Source: an uncultured Rhodopirellula sp.
GTDB lineage: Bacteria > Planctomycetota > Planctomycetia > Pirellulales > Pirellulaceae
Direction of reading: 5' to 3'
Length of the DNA stretch: 44,821 nucleotides
Assembly: GCA_964007735.1 (NCBI GenBank)
Contig: CAXGAI010000039.1
Coordinates: 1-44,821 of the forward strand
Position 1 is the first letter of the stretch, and every line of letters begins with the position of its first letter. The notes below the pieces were generated by a model that ran no database searches, was not told where the DNA came from, and saw only the letters and a list, made by a program, of their open reading frames with translations. The position numbers were made by a program, and so were the translations under genes. Shown in pieces: positions 10,159 to 19,734 of the stretch.

Positions 10159-11730
10159 CTAGGCTGTGCGTCGCGCTTCTTCCGCGTTGTGCATTACGTC
10201 AAGAACGGCTTGGACGTCCTGTGGGGAAGGATCTCCCCAGTCGTCTTCATATTGAAAAATGTCCGCAACATTTTGCGAGCCATAGCGATCATCCGCGATT
10301 TCAAACTGGCTGGGTGTTATCTGAGCCGGGTGTTCAAATCCACAGGCATGGGTTAGTTGCATGATTTCTTTACGCAGAGTGATGAGGTAATTTGCTAGGC
10401 GGTTTGACTTTAGCGTCGGGTCTAATCCTCGCATCAACCATTTGCTTTGAGTTGCGACCCCGGTCGGACAATGTCCGGAATGGCACTTTTGAGCCTGGAT
10501 ACAACCGATTGCTAACATCGGTTCACGCGCGATGCTTAGAGCGTCGCAACCCAAGGATAATGCGAGTAAACCGGTTTCGGGAAATCCTAGCTTGCCCGAC
10601 CCCATAAAGAATATCTTATCGGCAAGGTTGGCTTCTTCGAATCTGCGGTAGACTCTGGTGAAACCGAGTTTGAATGGCAGAGCAACATGGTCGGAAAAGG
10701 CAAGCGGAGCCGCGCCTGTACCACCTTCGGACCCGTCGATCGCGATGTAATCTACACCGCGCGTACCACTACTCATTTGTGAAATCAGTTCATCCCAGAA
10801 ACTCATTTCACCAACAGCGCTCTTGATGCCAATAGGAAGTCCACTGAGATCGGCAAGTCTTTCCACAAAGTCGAGCATTTGGTCTACGTTGGAGAAGGCT
10901 GAATGAAACGCGGGACTCGCACAGTCTTTACCAACAGGGATTCCTCGAATCTCAGCAATTTCCGGAGTCACTTTTGCTCCGGGTAACATCCCGCCGAGCC
11001 CGGGTTTGGCGCCCTGGCTAAACTTGATTTCAATGGCTTTGACTTTGTTTGCTGCTTGTTCCAGTGTTCGTTTGAACTTTTCTTCACTGAATCCTCCGTC
11101 GGCAGCACGGGCGCCAAAGTATCCTGTTCCCAATTGCCAAATAAGGTTTCCACCCTTCATGTGAAACGGACTGATACCTCCTTCGCCGGTGTTGTGAAGA
11201 CAGTGGGCTTGCGCACACCCCAAGTTGATCGACTCAACCGCCGTGGAGCTTAAAGATCCATAACTCATTGCGGATATATTGACGATGGAGTCTGGCCGAA
11301 ACTGATGTTTTCTTTCTCGATAGCGACCCATAACCTTGGCTGCCGGAATGGAATGTTGTGCGTCATAGCCAGGCTCATTTTTCCTGAGCGTGGAGATTGG
11401 GAAGGCAGAGTGTTTAATGATGAGGTGATTGGGTGATAGCTCAACGTCTTTATCGGTTCCAAAGCCGAAGTAATTGTTTTGGAGTTTCGCTGACGCATAC
11501 ACCCAACGACGTTGATCTCTTGAGAATGGTCGCTCTTCATTATTGCTGGTAACGATGTACTGGCGTAATTCAGGGCCGATGGTTTCCAGCCAATAACGTA
11601 AACGCCCGACCAGCGGAAAGTTGCGTAAGATAGTGTGTTTCTTCTGGGTGACGTCGCGAATGGCAACGAGCATTAGAAGTAGTCCGGATGCAGCGAGAGT
11701 CCATTGCCACCAATTCATGATTTCCGCCAT
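10159..11730 (-). CDS. FMN-binding glutamate synthase family protein (stand-alone, N-terminal TM)
   Basis: SAMSYGSLS, NTGEGG, EIKFSQGAKPGLGG, DGSEGGTGAAP and CIQAQKCHSGHCPTGV; ATG 11730 is the likely start. Confidence 0.88.
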   Translation of the reverse strand: MAEIMNWWQWTLAASGLLLMLVAIRDVTQKKHTILRNFPLVGRLRYWLETIGPELRQYIVTSNNEERPFSRDQRRWVYASAKLQNNYFGFGTDKDVELSPNHLIIKHSAFPISTLRKNEPGYDAQHSIPAAKVMGRYRERKHQFRPDSIVNISAMSYGSLSSTAVESINLGCAQAHCLHNTGEGGISPFHMKGGNLIWQLGTGYFGARAADGGFSEEKFKRTLEQAANKVKAIEIKFSQGAKPGLGGMLPGAKVTPEIAEIRGIPVGKDCASPAFHSAFSNVDQMLDFVERLADLSGLPIGIKSAVGEMSFWDELISQMSSGTRGVDYIAIDGSEGGTGAAPLAFSDHVALPFKLGFTRVYRRFEEANLADKIFFMGSGKLGFPETGLLALSLGCDALSIAREPMLAIGCIQAQKCHSGHCPTGVATQSKWLMRGLDPTLKSNRLANYLITLRKEIMQLTHACGFEHPAQITPSQFEIADDRYGSQNVADIFQYEDDWGDPSPQDVQAVLDVMHNAEEARRTA

Positions 11731-11849
11731 ATGAGATCTTTCTTTTCTGTCCAGCTTGATATCACCCGAGCCCCTGCAATGTACTGTTTTTAGTATCTTC
11801 AAGGCAAAGTGTATTTCGAAAATAGAAGTCAATTTAGAATCAGTTTATG

Positions 11850-11862
11850 TGACCACTGGTCA
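11850..11862. promoter_or_regulatory. Perfect inverted repeat TGACCA-C-TGGTCA, candidate operator
   Basis: 6-1-6 palindrome in the divergent intergenic region between the glutamate-synthase-family gene and pgk. Confidence 0.3.
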
Positions 11863-11936
11863 AGTTGAGTGTTAACCTTCAGAATAGGTTTGGGTTTGAA
11901 TCACTCGATAGCTAGTAACAGGATGCAAAAAACGCA

Positions 11937-13121
11937 ATGGCAAAGAAATCAATTGATCAGGTGGATGTGGCTGGGAAGTCGGTTCTGATGCGAGTCGATT
12001 TTAATGTTCCGCTGAATGATGAATTACAGATAACGGATGATCGGCGAATCCAAATGGCTTTGCCTTCGATTAAATCGGTATTAGAACGGGGTGGACGGGT
12101 TGTATTGATGAGTCATCTGGGGCGTCCTCAAGGCGATGGGAATGACCATCGCTTTAGCTTAGTTCCGGCCGCTAAACGTTTAGGTGAACTACTGGGGGTT
12201 GAGGTAGCGATGGCTGCAGACACCGTCGGCGAAGATGCCGTCGCCAAAGTCGGACAGTTGACCGATGGTGGGGTCGTAGTTTTGGAAAACCTACGCTTTA
12301 ACGAAGGTGAAAAAGCGGGAAGCCGCGAATTTGCCGAGCAATTAGCAGCTTTTGGAGATGTTTATTGCAACGATGCATTTGGTACTTGCCATCGTACCGA
12401 TGCAAGTATGGTCGCTGTTCCTCAGGCAATGGAAGGTAAACCTCGCGTAGTTGGTTTTCTGGTGGCAAAAGAAATTCAATATCTGTCTGATGCGATCAGT
12501 AATCCTGAAAGACCATTCGTTGCGATTTTGGGGGGAGCTAAAGTCTCGGATAAAATCACCGTCATCAATAATCTGTTGGAGATCTGTGATAAAGTCCTTA
12601 TTGGCGGTGCGATGGCATATACGTTTGCCCTGGCAAAAGGTGGTGACGTAGGTAAGAGTCTTGTGGAGCCCGATAAAGTTGAACTGGCCGCTGAGTTGAT
12701 TGCCCAAGGAGGCGACAAGTTGGTGCTTCCGGTGGATACTCATTGTGGAGATGACTTCAGTTCAGATTGCAATAAAGATGTGGTTCCATTCGGGCAAATT
12801 GCATCGGAGTTTGAGGGTTTGGATATTGGCCCCGAAACGGCTGAAGTTTATGCATCGATTTTGGCGAACGCAAAAATTGTCGTCTGGAATGGCCCGATGG
12901 GGGTTTTCGAAATGCCTCCTTTTGATGCCGGTACTAAACGAGTCGCAGAAGCGATTGCCGCTAGTGAAGCGACAAGCATCATCGGCGGCGGTGATAGCGC
13001 CGCAGCAATTCAGCAACTTGGCTTTGCTGAACAAGTCTCGCACGTCAGTACAGGCGGAGGAGCGAGCCTTGCTATGCTGGAGGGACGCCAGTTTGTTGCG
13101 GTTGAATTACTGGATGACTAA
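11937..13121 (+). CDS. pgk: Phosphoglycerate kinase
   Basis: [36 protein letters not shown] and [10 protein letters not shown]. Confidence 0.98.
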   Translation: MAKKSIDQVDVAGKSVLMRVDFNVPLNDELQITDDRRIQMALPSIKSVLERGGRVVLMSHLGRPQGDGNDHRFSLVPAAKRLGELLGVEVAMAADTVGEDAVAKVGQLTDGGVVVLENLRFNEGEKAGSREFAEQLAAFGDVYCNDAFGTCHRTDASMVAVPQAMEGKPRVVGFLVAKEIQYLSDAISNPERPFVAILGGAKVSDKITVINNLLEICDKVLIGGAMAYTFALAKGGDVGKSLVEPDKVELAAELIAQGGDKLVLPVDTHCGDDFSSDCNKDVVPFGQIASEFEGLDIGPETAEVYASILANAKIVVWNGPMGVFEMPPFDAGTKRVAEAIAASEATSIIGGGDSAAAIQQLGFAEQVSHVSTGGGASLAMLEGRQFVAVELLDD

Positions 13122-13192
13122 GGAGTAATTGTTGCAAATGTACCCTCTAACTTGGCCTGTCTGATACTTGTAAGCCTTCCGGCCTGTGATGG

Positions 13193-16100
13193 TTATTTGT
13201 CCACGATTTCGATTTTGATTTCGTTGCTATTAGACCGCAACTCCGGAGCATACATGGCATAGCCAATTGTTGGCAACGCGGAGAACTTGCCCGGAATTTC
13301 GGCTCGCACCTGGTACGTAAAACTATGCTTGCCGCGGCTAATGCGATGTAGGAAGTAGTTGACGCTTTCGTCCCGTATTTCCCGGTAAGCACTAAGTCCT
13401 GAATAAACCCAGCCACTGCGCAGATCCACTGGTTCTACACCGGCTGCTTTACGATCTTCGAACATTAGATATTCGTAGTCGTTTTTGCTTTCGAAGAGTA
13501 GTTCAACTTCGATAATGTCACCACTCTCCACCTTGTCGCCCGATTGAATTGGAATGCGTTGGTAGTTTTCCTTCTTTTGTTCGACAACTTGTCCGCGATT
13601 CCCCGCAACATCAATGTCTTTATGGTCAGCTACTAATTTGTAATAGCGACGTTCCACCTTAATTTCCAAGCCGGCTTTTTCAATGAAATCCTCTTGGGTG
13701 AAGTTCGTGGAATATACGTTGAAGTAAACCGGGCCTTTGCCTTGTCGACGTAATTCAACGGTGTGCTCCCCAGACGTCACTTCATCGGCCTTGAGAACCA
13801 GTTTGTTATCGAAGGAGAAGAGATTGGAGCTATTGATTTTCACTTCTTTGTGTTTTTTACCATCCAGCCAGACCTCAACCGTCATGTCGGGTGATGCTTC
13901 ACCTGTTGCCTTCAGATATTCGGAGAATGCTTCAACGCATAGGGACGTGTCACGAGTGGACTTCCAATAGGTTGCGTGCTTGCGATTGTTGAGAAGATAT
14001 TTCACCAAACGAGATGCCTGCTGGCTTTGTGGTTTTACACGTGCCAGTAGCTTAAGGTAAAACGCATTCGTTTCAATCTCATCTCCATACCAGTACCACC
14101 AGGCATGTCCGGCAGGCAGTTCCAGATAAGCGGTCTCATTGGCTTCGTCCTGAACCAAAAACTGCTCGATGTTACGAACGACCATGGTCAGGCGTTCTTG
14201 ATTATCAACAGTTTCCAATCCCAGCCCGTACGTTACCAGCCCATAGACAGACAATTTAGTGCGGTCGCGATACAGGAAGTCCTGCATTTCAGTGTTGTTC
14301 ACATCCGCTTCCGTCAGAATCATATAGATCAGTGCATCCCGATTATCGGCAGCTAGTTTGTACGGATTCGTTTTCGTTACGGCGCGTTTGAGTTTTTCAA
14401 CCTCGGTATCTTGCTGGTTTTTTAGCCAGTTGATACCTCGAGCGATAACCTCAGCGTCTAGTTCGACGCCGTTTTGTCTGGCTACTTGCAGGCCATGAAT
14501 CACCATGGCGGTCGTGTGGGGATAGCTGCGTTGCCGTCCACCACCGAACCATCCCCAGCCGCCGTCGGGGTTCTGCATATTGACCAGGCGGGTGACGCCC
14601 GTTTTTACGATCTTTTGCATTTCGACTTGGCTGAATACGGGATGGCGATCGAATCTCTTCCATTGTTTGGCTCGTTCTTCGTCGTTACCAATTTCCTGCG
14701 CGTTTAAGTTAGTTCTCTTGTCCCTTAGATCCTCGAGATTTAAGTCCATGTTCAGCAGCGTTTGTTGAGTAATCGCTGCTGGGAGGAATCGATTGAGAGT
14801 CTGCTCAGTACAACCGTAGGGATAATCGAGCATGTAGGGTAAGGCGTCCACCATGGCAGCAGCCAGCGTTGGTGAGTATCGAACTTCCAGGATTGATTGT
14901 TCTGCTTTACGTTCTGCTGGAACGGTAAAACTAAGTTTGGCATTGTTCTGACTAGGACGGATCGTTCCGGCCCATGATTCAGTTTTCAGTATGCCGTGAA
15001 TATAAACAGGGAACGACATTTGAACAGCATCGGACTCTTCATCGGTCAACGCCTGTAGTTGGATGGTTGTCTCGCCCTCGCCTTTAACCCTGACCATCCA
15101 GTCCACTCGTGCTTCGCCATTAGATTGGACGCTCACTTTGCGTTCAACTTGGTCCAGAGCGACTAAGTATTCACCATCCACGATCAATTTAGTGGTCACC
15201 AATTTCTCGGCATCCAGATAGTTATGTACGTTGGCGGAAATCATAACTTCGTCTGTTTCAGTGAAGAACCTTGGGGCTTGGAGCCGTACAATTAGGTCCT
15301 TGCGTGTGATAACCTCGGTGTGTCCCTCGCCAACATTGGTACCATGCCCCAGAGCCCAGACATTCACTTTCCAGGTGGTCAGGTTTTCCGGCATTTCAAA
15401 CTCAATTTCAGCTAGCCCCTCTTTGTCAGTGGATAATGTTCCTACCCAAAGAGCGGTGTCAGCGAAATTCTCTCGTACGGCTGCTTCGACGTTTGGAGCT
15501 TGGGTTTCAGGGCGGCTTGTACCATTCTGAATCAAGCCGGCATTGCTGAGTTTATCGGCGGCTGCATTCAATCCCCCCATAGAATCATCGAGGGCCATTT
15601 CCATCCGAGCTGCGGGGGCGGCGAGAGCCTCTCCTTCAACTCTTCCCATGCCTCCCATGCCTCCCATGCCTCCCATACCGCGGGTAGCAGACTTTCGAAA
15701 CGACTGATTCATACCGGATAGATATAAATCTTCTGCCACCGTGTGGCCAAAGATACCTAGTGGCCCCATCGTTTCACCTCTCAATGGGACCCGTTCGTAG
15801 GAATAACGGTTAAGGTTGGATTCATGGCGAGGATTGTGATTGCGGCGCCACTTCCAGAAGAATTCCTGAATATCTGGAACATTGCTACCACCGGATATGT
15901 ATTCCACGGACTTGTCGTAGATAGACACGATCGTCGAGCCTTCGAAAGGTTTCCCGGCATAGTCGGTGAGCCGAATTTTGACCGTTCCTTTCTCACCGGG
16001 TTTGTAGGTTTCCGCGGAGGGTTCAACTTCGACGTTGATAACTCGTTTTTCAGGTGGGACGACGATTTCTTTGGCGGATTGGAAGATCCGGCCGTTAGCG

Positions 16101-19100
16101 ACCGTAACAGCTTCCACAAAGAAGTTTGGCATGTCCTTTTGAATGACCGTGATTTCTTCCACCGTACTTTTTCCACGAAGATCGATTCGCTTTGGCGGCA
16201 AATAAATACCATTCGATGGCCGGACAAACAAGAGGACGGTACTATTACGGCGATTTGTATTGATCTGTAGTTTCACCGTATCGCCCGGACGGTATTCTGC
16301 TTTATCCGGTATCAGCTCAAGATCGCTAAAGCGAAAGTCTCCGCCATCAAAACCGTCGCCGATGATGGTGAAAATATAGCCCCCTTCGATAATGTGGCCG
16401 TTTGTGTCGTCGACTTCATAGGAGATGCGGTACTGGCCCTTTTCCTTTGCCTTGATTTGCTGACTTGCCAATCCTTGCTTATCCGTATCGAGATCCCAGG
16501 TTTGAACAACTTTTTCAACAGGTTCATCGTTGCGGTTGTAGACGACCTTTAGGAGGCGTAGTTTCCCTTGGCCCTGAACGGGTTGATTGTCGAGTGTTTT
16601 TGCATGAAAGCTGGCATTAATCGTATCACCAGCGTGATAATAACCACGGTCGACCCAGCTGAAGACCGTAAATGGCTTACGAGTCGCCAGTACCGAACCG
16701 TTACCGACAATGGTTCGTCGAGATTGGTCACGCACTTCAGCTATGATTTCGTAGCGTTGGTCACTGCTGGAATGAAGTTCTTTGGCGATCGCAGTGTCGA
16801 TTTCCAGTTCAACCGTACCATCTTCGGTGAGCTCGAGTTCCTGTTGGCTGATTAATTCCGGTGGATTGTGGGGAGTACCGTACCACCATGGCATCGGTCT
16901 CATACAGCCGACCCATTTGTTCCACCCGGGATACCAGGGATAGTCATAGCTGTACCACCAATATCCTGGCCCAAAGCACCAGTCCCAGGCGCGGTAGGGA
17001 TACCAGTTTTGACTGTGACTGTATCGACGAATCGTGACTTTGACAGTGCCTTCTGTAACCGGAGATCCAAAATAGTAGTTCGCCTTGACCTTCGCTTTAA
17101 TCACTTCACCAAGAGCCACAGGTTTGTCAGGAGCTTCCACGGTGACTTCATACTCGGGCTTTTTGTACTCTTCGACTCGGAAAGTGTTGCCACCTGAAAT
17201 TCGGTTCGGACCGATTCCGTCTACGTGGAATCGGTAGACACCCAGCATGGCATCCTCTGGTGCCTGCCAGTCAAATTCAAAACCGCCGTATTCGTCTGTT
17301 TTTACATCCTTGGTGAGTATCTTTTCACCTCGGGGATTATAAAGATCCAGCGAGGCTGAGATGTTTGCAAAATGGCTTACATCATCCTTGTCATATTGTG
17401 CTTTACGAAGCCAGAATTTGGACTTCACCATTTGGTTAGGACGATAAACTGGCCGGTCGGTGACGATAAAAACCTTACTTTGTTTATATTCCTGGTCATG
17501 GACTTGCCCGTACCAGATTCCATGAAACCCGAGGTATGCAAAGCGACCTTTACCGTCGCGGGCAGTTGTAACCCATTGATAATTTGTGGGAGCTAAGTCT
17601 TTACTAACGTTTACGAGCCCATTTTCATCTGCAGTTTCAACGAACTTCTTTACGGTGTTTTGAGTTTTGCCATCTTTGGTACGGGTGCGTTGAAAGCCAA
17701 AGAACTCAAGTTTTGTGTTGGGTAACGGCTTGCCAGTGATGGAATCCGCCAGATAGAACATTTGACCGTTATCGGTGGCCATTTTCACCATCGAGGTGTT
17801 GTTTAGCCAATAAACAATTGAGCTCGTGTTCCCATTGTCCACGTTAGCTGTGATTTTGTACGCGCCGGTTGCTTTGATAGGAACTTCGACGGTGATACGT
17901 TTGTCATAATGCGAGTCACGAGGTTCCAGATCGAGCGACCATTGGGCTACCTGTTCGTTGATATAACGTGGGCTATTCTTGTGGTATATCAGATTGGTGA
18001 TGTTATTAACCGCGTAGCGTATATCGGAGTCTTGATTCATCTCAATATGCGTCTTAACATCGGCCAATAGCTTAGAAACGTCAATTTTGTAAGCAGTAAA
18101 AGTGACCTTTTGAGCATTGCGAAATTTGTACGTGAATACGTTTTGTTCATTGGTTGTTTGTCCGTAGCTTGGATCGAATGCTCCCAAATTTCCAACAATT
18201 GCTTTTAGCATGATTGGAAAGCCAGAGTTCTTTGCCGTCTGCGGATAACGCTTGATGGTGTTGCGTAGTACCTTGGCAGCTTTAGGATATTGGCGGCGGT
18301 TTTGGAAGAGTTGCGCTAACGTTTTGCTGGCCTGAACGATATAAGTTGATTGCGTATCATCTTCTACTGCAGCAATTTCTTTTAGAATTCGGATGAAGTT
18401 GAATTCCTCCGGAAGGTCGAACCGCTTTATGCCGGTGGCCAGTTGAGCAATCGTTTCAGTGTCGCTGAGGGAGGTCAGAGCATATCGTCCCGTGTTTGGA
18501 TGCTCTTCGTTATCCTGAACCTGTCGTCCAACAAACCCTGTGCCAAATTGTTGCATCGTTTGCACGCCAAATTGGCTGTAAAGGAACTGAGCCCAAAGGT
18601 ATTGTGTGTAGATCTTTTGAGGTGGATGTATTTTACTTGCCTGAGCTAGAGCCCAGCGGTAGCGTTCACCATCCGATTTGGCAGCGTTCCAACTTGGGGG
18701 TAAATGGTAGAACACCGGGTTGTTTTGTTTGTCTACAGGCGCCCCCCGGCCTCCATTACCCGAACCGTAACCATCACCGTAGTCAGGCAGTTCATCAAGA
18801 TTTGTCAGCGTCTGCAGCCGCCAGGCGCCTTGATGATTTTGCCATGCCTGAGCAAACTGTACAAGAAATTTGGAGGTGTCACTTTTGTTGGAATCCTGTA
18901 ACGCCAGAGGCATTGCTTGATTTAGCAATTGTAAACTACGAATGCGATCACGCTCCTGACTGTTGCGGACAGCACCGCTCATGCGTTGAGGTGCTCGCTG
19001 GAACTGGTTGTCAATGATGATTCCACGTTTGGGGGCAGATCTGTATTGCCCGGCAACTGCCTGCAGCACACGCCAGTCATTACTCTGAGCCGCAACGACT

Positions 19101-19462
19101 TTTTCAATGAGATTTTCCCATTGAGAGTAATATCTCATGCGTTGAATGCATTGGTAGAGCACTGATAGGTCACTAACCAATGGCTGTCCCCCAGCTTTGG
19201 GGTCGGTAGCGATCTTTACGTAAAATTCGTAGGCTTCCTTGTAGTTGCCGTCGTCGTAAAGTTTCTTGGCCTTGTTACGTACCTCTGCAGAAATGCCATC
19301 GGAACTATCAGCGATGGTATTTTGCGTTCCTGTTGCCGGTTGAAGCACCTGCGTAATAGCCGGAGCAAGCTGGCTTTGTTGGCTGGTAAAAGTGTAGTAA
19401 GAAGTAGCAGCTATCACCAGAATGGCAGCGAAACTAAGACTTATTTCGAAAATACGTTGCAT
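13193..19462 (-). CDS. Bacterial alpha-2-macroglobulin family protein with thioester motif
   Basis: TDRPVYRP (MG2), RENFADTALW, MPENLTTW, YPYGCTEQ, MQNPDGGWGW and GYAMYAP; N-terminal hydrophobic segment; ATG 19462 is the likely start. Confidence 0.93.
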   Translation of the reverse strand: MQRIFEISLSFAAILVIAATSYYTFTSQQSQLAPAITQVLQPATGTQNTIADSSDGISAEVRNKAKKLYDDGNYKEAYEFYVKIATDPKAGGQPLVSDLSVLYQCIQRMRYYSQWENLIEKVVAAQSNDWRVLQAVAGQYRSAPKRGIIIDNQFQRAPQRMSGAVRNSQERDRIRSLQLLNQAMPLALQDSNKSDTSKFLVQFAQAWQNHQGAWRLQTLTNLDELPDYGDGYGSGNGGRGAPVDKQNNPVFYHLPPSWNAAKSDGERYRWALAQASKIHPPQKIYTQYLWAQFLYSQFGVQTMQQFGTGFVGRQVQDNEEHPNTGRYALTSLSDTETIAQLATGIKRFDLPEEFNFIRILKEIAAVEDDTQSTYIVQASKTLAQLFQNRRQYPKAAKVLRNTIKRYPQTAKNSGFPIMLKAIVGNLGAFDPSYGQTTNEQNVFTYKFRNAQKVTFTAYKIDVSKLLADVKTHIEMNQDSDIRYAVNNITNLIYHKNSPRYINEQVAQWSLDLEPRDSHYDKRITVEVPIKATGAYKITANVDNGNTSSIVYWLNNTSMVKMATDNGQMFYLADSITGKPLPNTKLEFFGFQRTRTKDGKTQNTVKKFVETADENGLVNVSKDLAPTNYQWVTTARDGKGRFAYLGFHGIWYGQVHDQEYKQSKVFIVTDRPVYRPNQMVKSKFWLRKAQYDKDDVSHFANISASLDLYNPRGEKILTKDVKTDEYGGFEFDWQAPEDAMLGVYRFHVDGIGPNRISGGNTFRVEEYKKPEYEVTVEAPDKPVALGEVIKAKVKANYYFGSPVTEGTVKVTIRRYSHSQNWYPYRAWDWCFGPGYWWYSYDYPWYPGWNKWVGCMRPMPWWYGTPHNPPELISQQELELTEDGTVELEIDTAIAKELHSSSDQRYEIIAEVRDQSRRTIVGNGSVLATRKPFTVFSWVDRGYYHAGDTINASFHAKTLDNQPVQGQGKLRLLKVVYNRNDEPVEKVVQTWDLDTDKQGLASQQIKAKEKGQYRISYEVDDTNGHIIEGGYIFTIIGDGFDGGDFRFSDLELIPDKAEYRPGDTVKLQINTNRRNSTVLLFVRPSNGIYLPPKRIDLRGKSTVEEITVIQKDMPNFFVEAVTVANGRIFQSAKEIVVPPEKRVINVEVEPSAETYKPGEKGTVKIRLTDYAGKPFEGSTIVSIYDKSVEYISGGSNVPDIQEFFWKWRRNHNPRHESNLNRYSYERVPLRGETMGPLGIFGHTVAEDLYLSGMNQSFRKSATRGMGGMGGMGGMGRVEGEALAAPAARMEMALDDSMGGLNAAADKLSNAGLIQNGTSRPETQAPNVEAAVRENFADTALWVGTLSTDKEGLAEIEFEMPENLTTWKVNVWALGHGTNVGEGHTEVITRKDLIVRLQAPRFFTETDEVMISANVHNYLDAEKLVTTKLIVDGEYLVALDQVERKVSVQSNGEARVDWMVRVKGEGETTIQLQALTDEESDAVQMSFPVYIHGILKTESWAGTIRPSQNNAKLSFTVPAERKAEQSILEVRYSPTLAAAMVDALPYMLDYPYGCTEQTLNRFLPAAITQQTLLNMDLNLEDLRDKRTNLNAQEIGNDEERAKQWKRFDRHPVFSQVEMQKIVKTGVTRLVNMQNPDGGWGWFGGGRQRSYPHTTAMVIHGLQVARQNGVELDAEVIARGINWLKNQQDTEVEKLKRAVTKTNPYKLAADNRDALIYMILTEADVNNTEMQDFLYRDRTKLSVYGLVTYGLGLETVDNQERLTMVVRNIEQFLVQDEANETAYLELPAGHAWWYWYGDEIETNAFYLKLLARVKPQSQQASRLVKYLLNNRKHATYWKSTRDTSLCVEAFSEYLKATGEASPDMTVEVWLDGKKHKEVKINSSNLFSFDNKLVLKADEVTSGEHTVELRRQGKGPVYFNVYSTNFTQEDFIEKAGLEIKVERRYYKLVADHKDIDVAGNRGQVVEQKKENYQRIPIQSGDKVESGDIIEVELLFESKNDYEYLMFEDRKAAGVEPVDLRSGWVYSGLSAYREIRDESVNYFLHRISRGKHSFTYQVRAEIPGKFSALPTIGYAMYAPELRSNSNEIKIEIVDK
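15644..15679. repeat. 9-bp tandem repeat x4 encoding (GMG)4 in the A2M
   Basis: tcccatgcc x3 plus tcccatacc. Confidence 0.9.
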
Positions 19463-19734
19463 GTCAGCATTCCAAAATCTGTGGAAAAGGGCGACCAAGG
19501 CCCGTGATTCAGTTAATTGAGTGTAATACTTTGACGGAATTTAAGGGGGCCGAGTTCCTTGTTTCTGTAAAAAATACAAAAGTGATTTAGTGAGTACAGT
19601 TTGCTGTATGATACGTTTTAGGTATAGATTTCTTGTAAATGGCGGAGGGGACCGTTAGCGGACAATCAAGTTTTCTTGAAGCGGTGGTGAAAGAACCGTG
19701 TAGACGTTATCTCGGTTGCAGGGACAGAATATAG

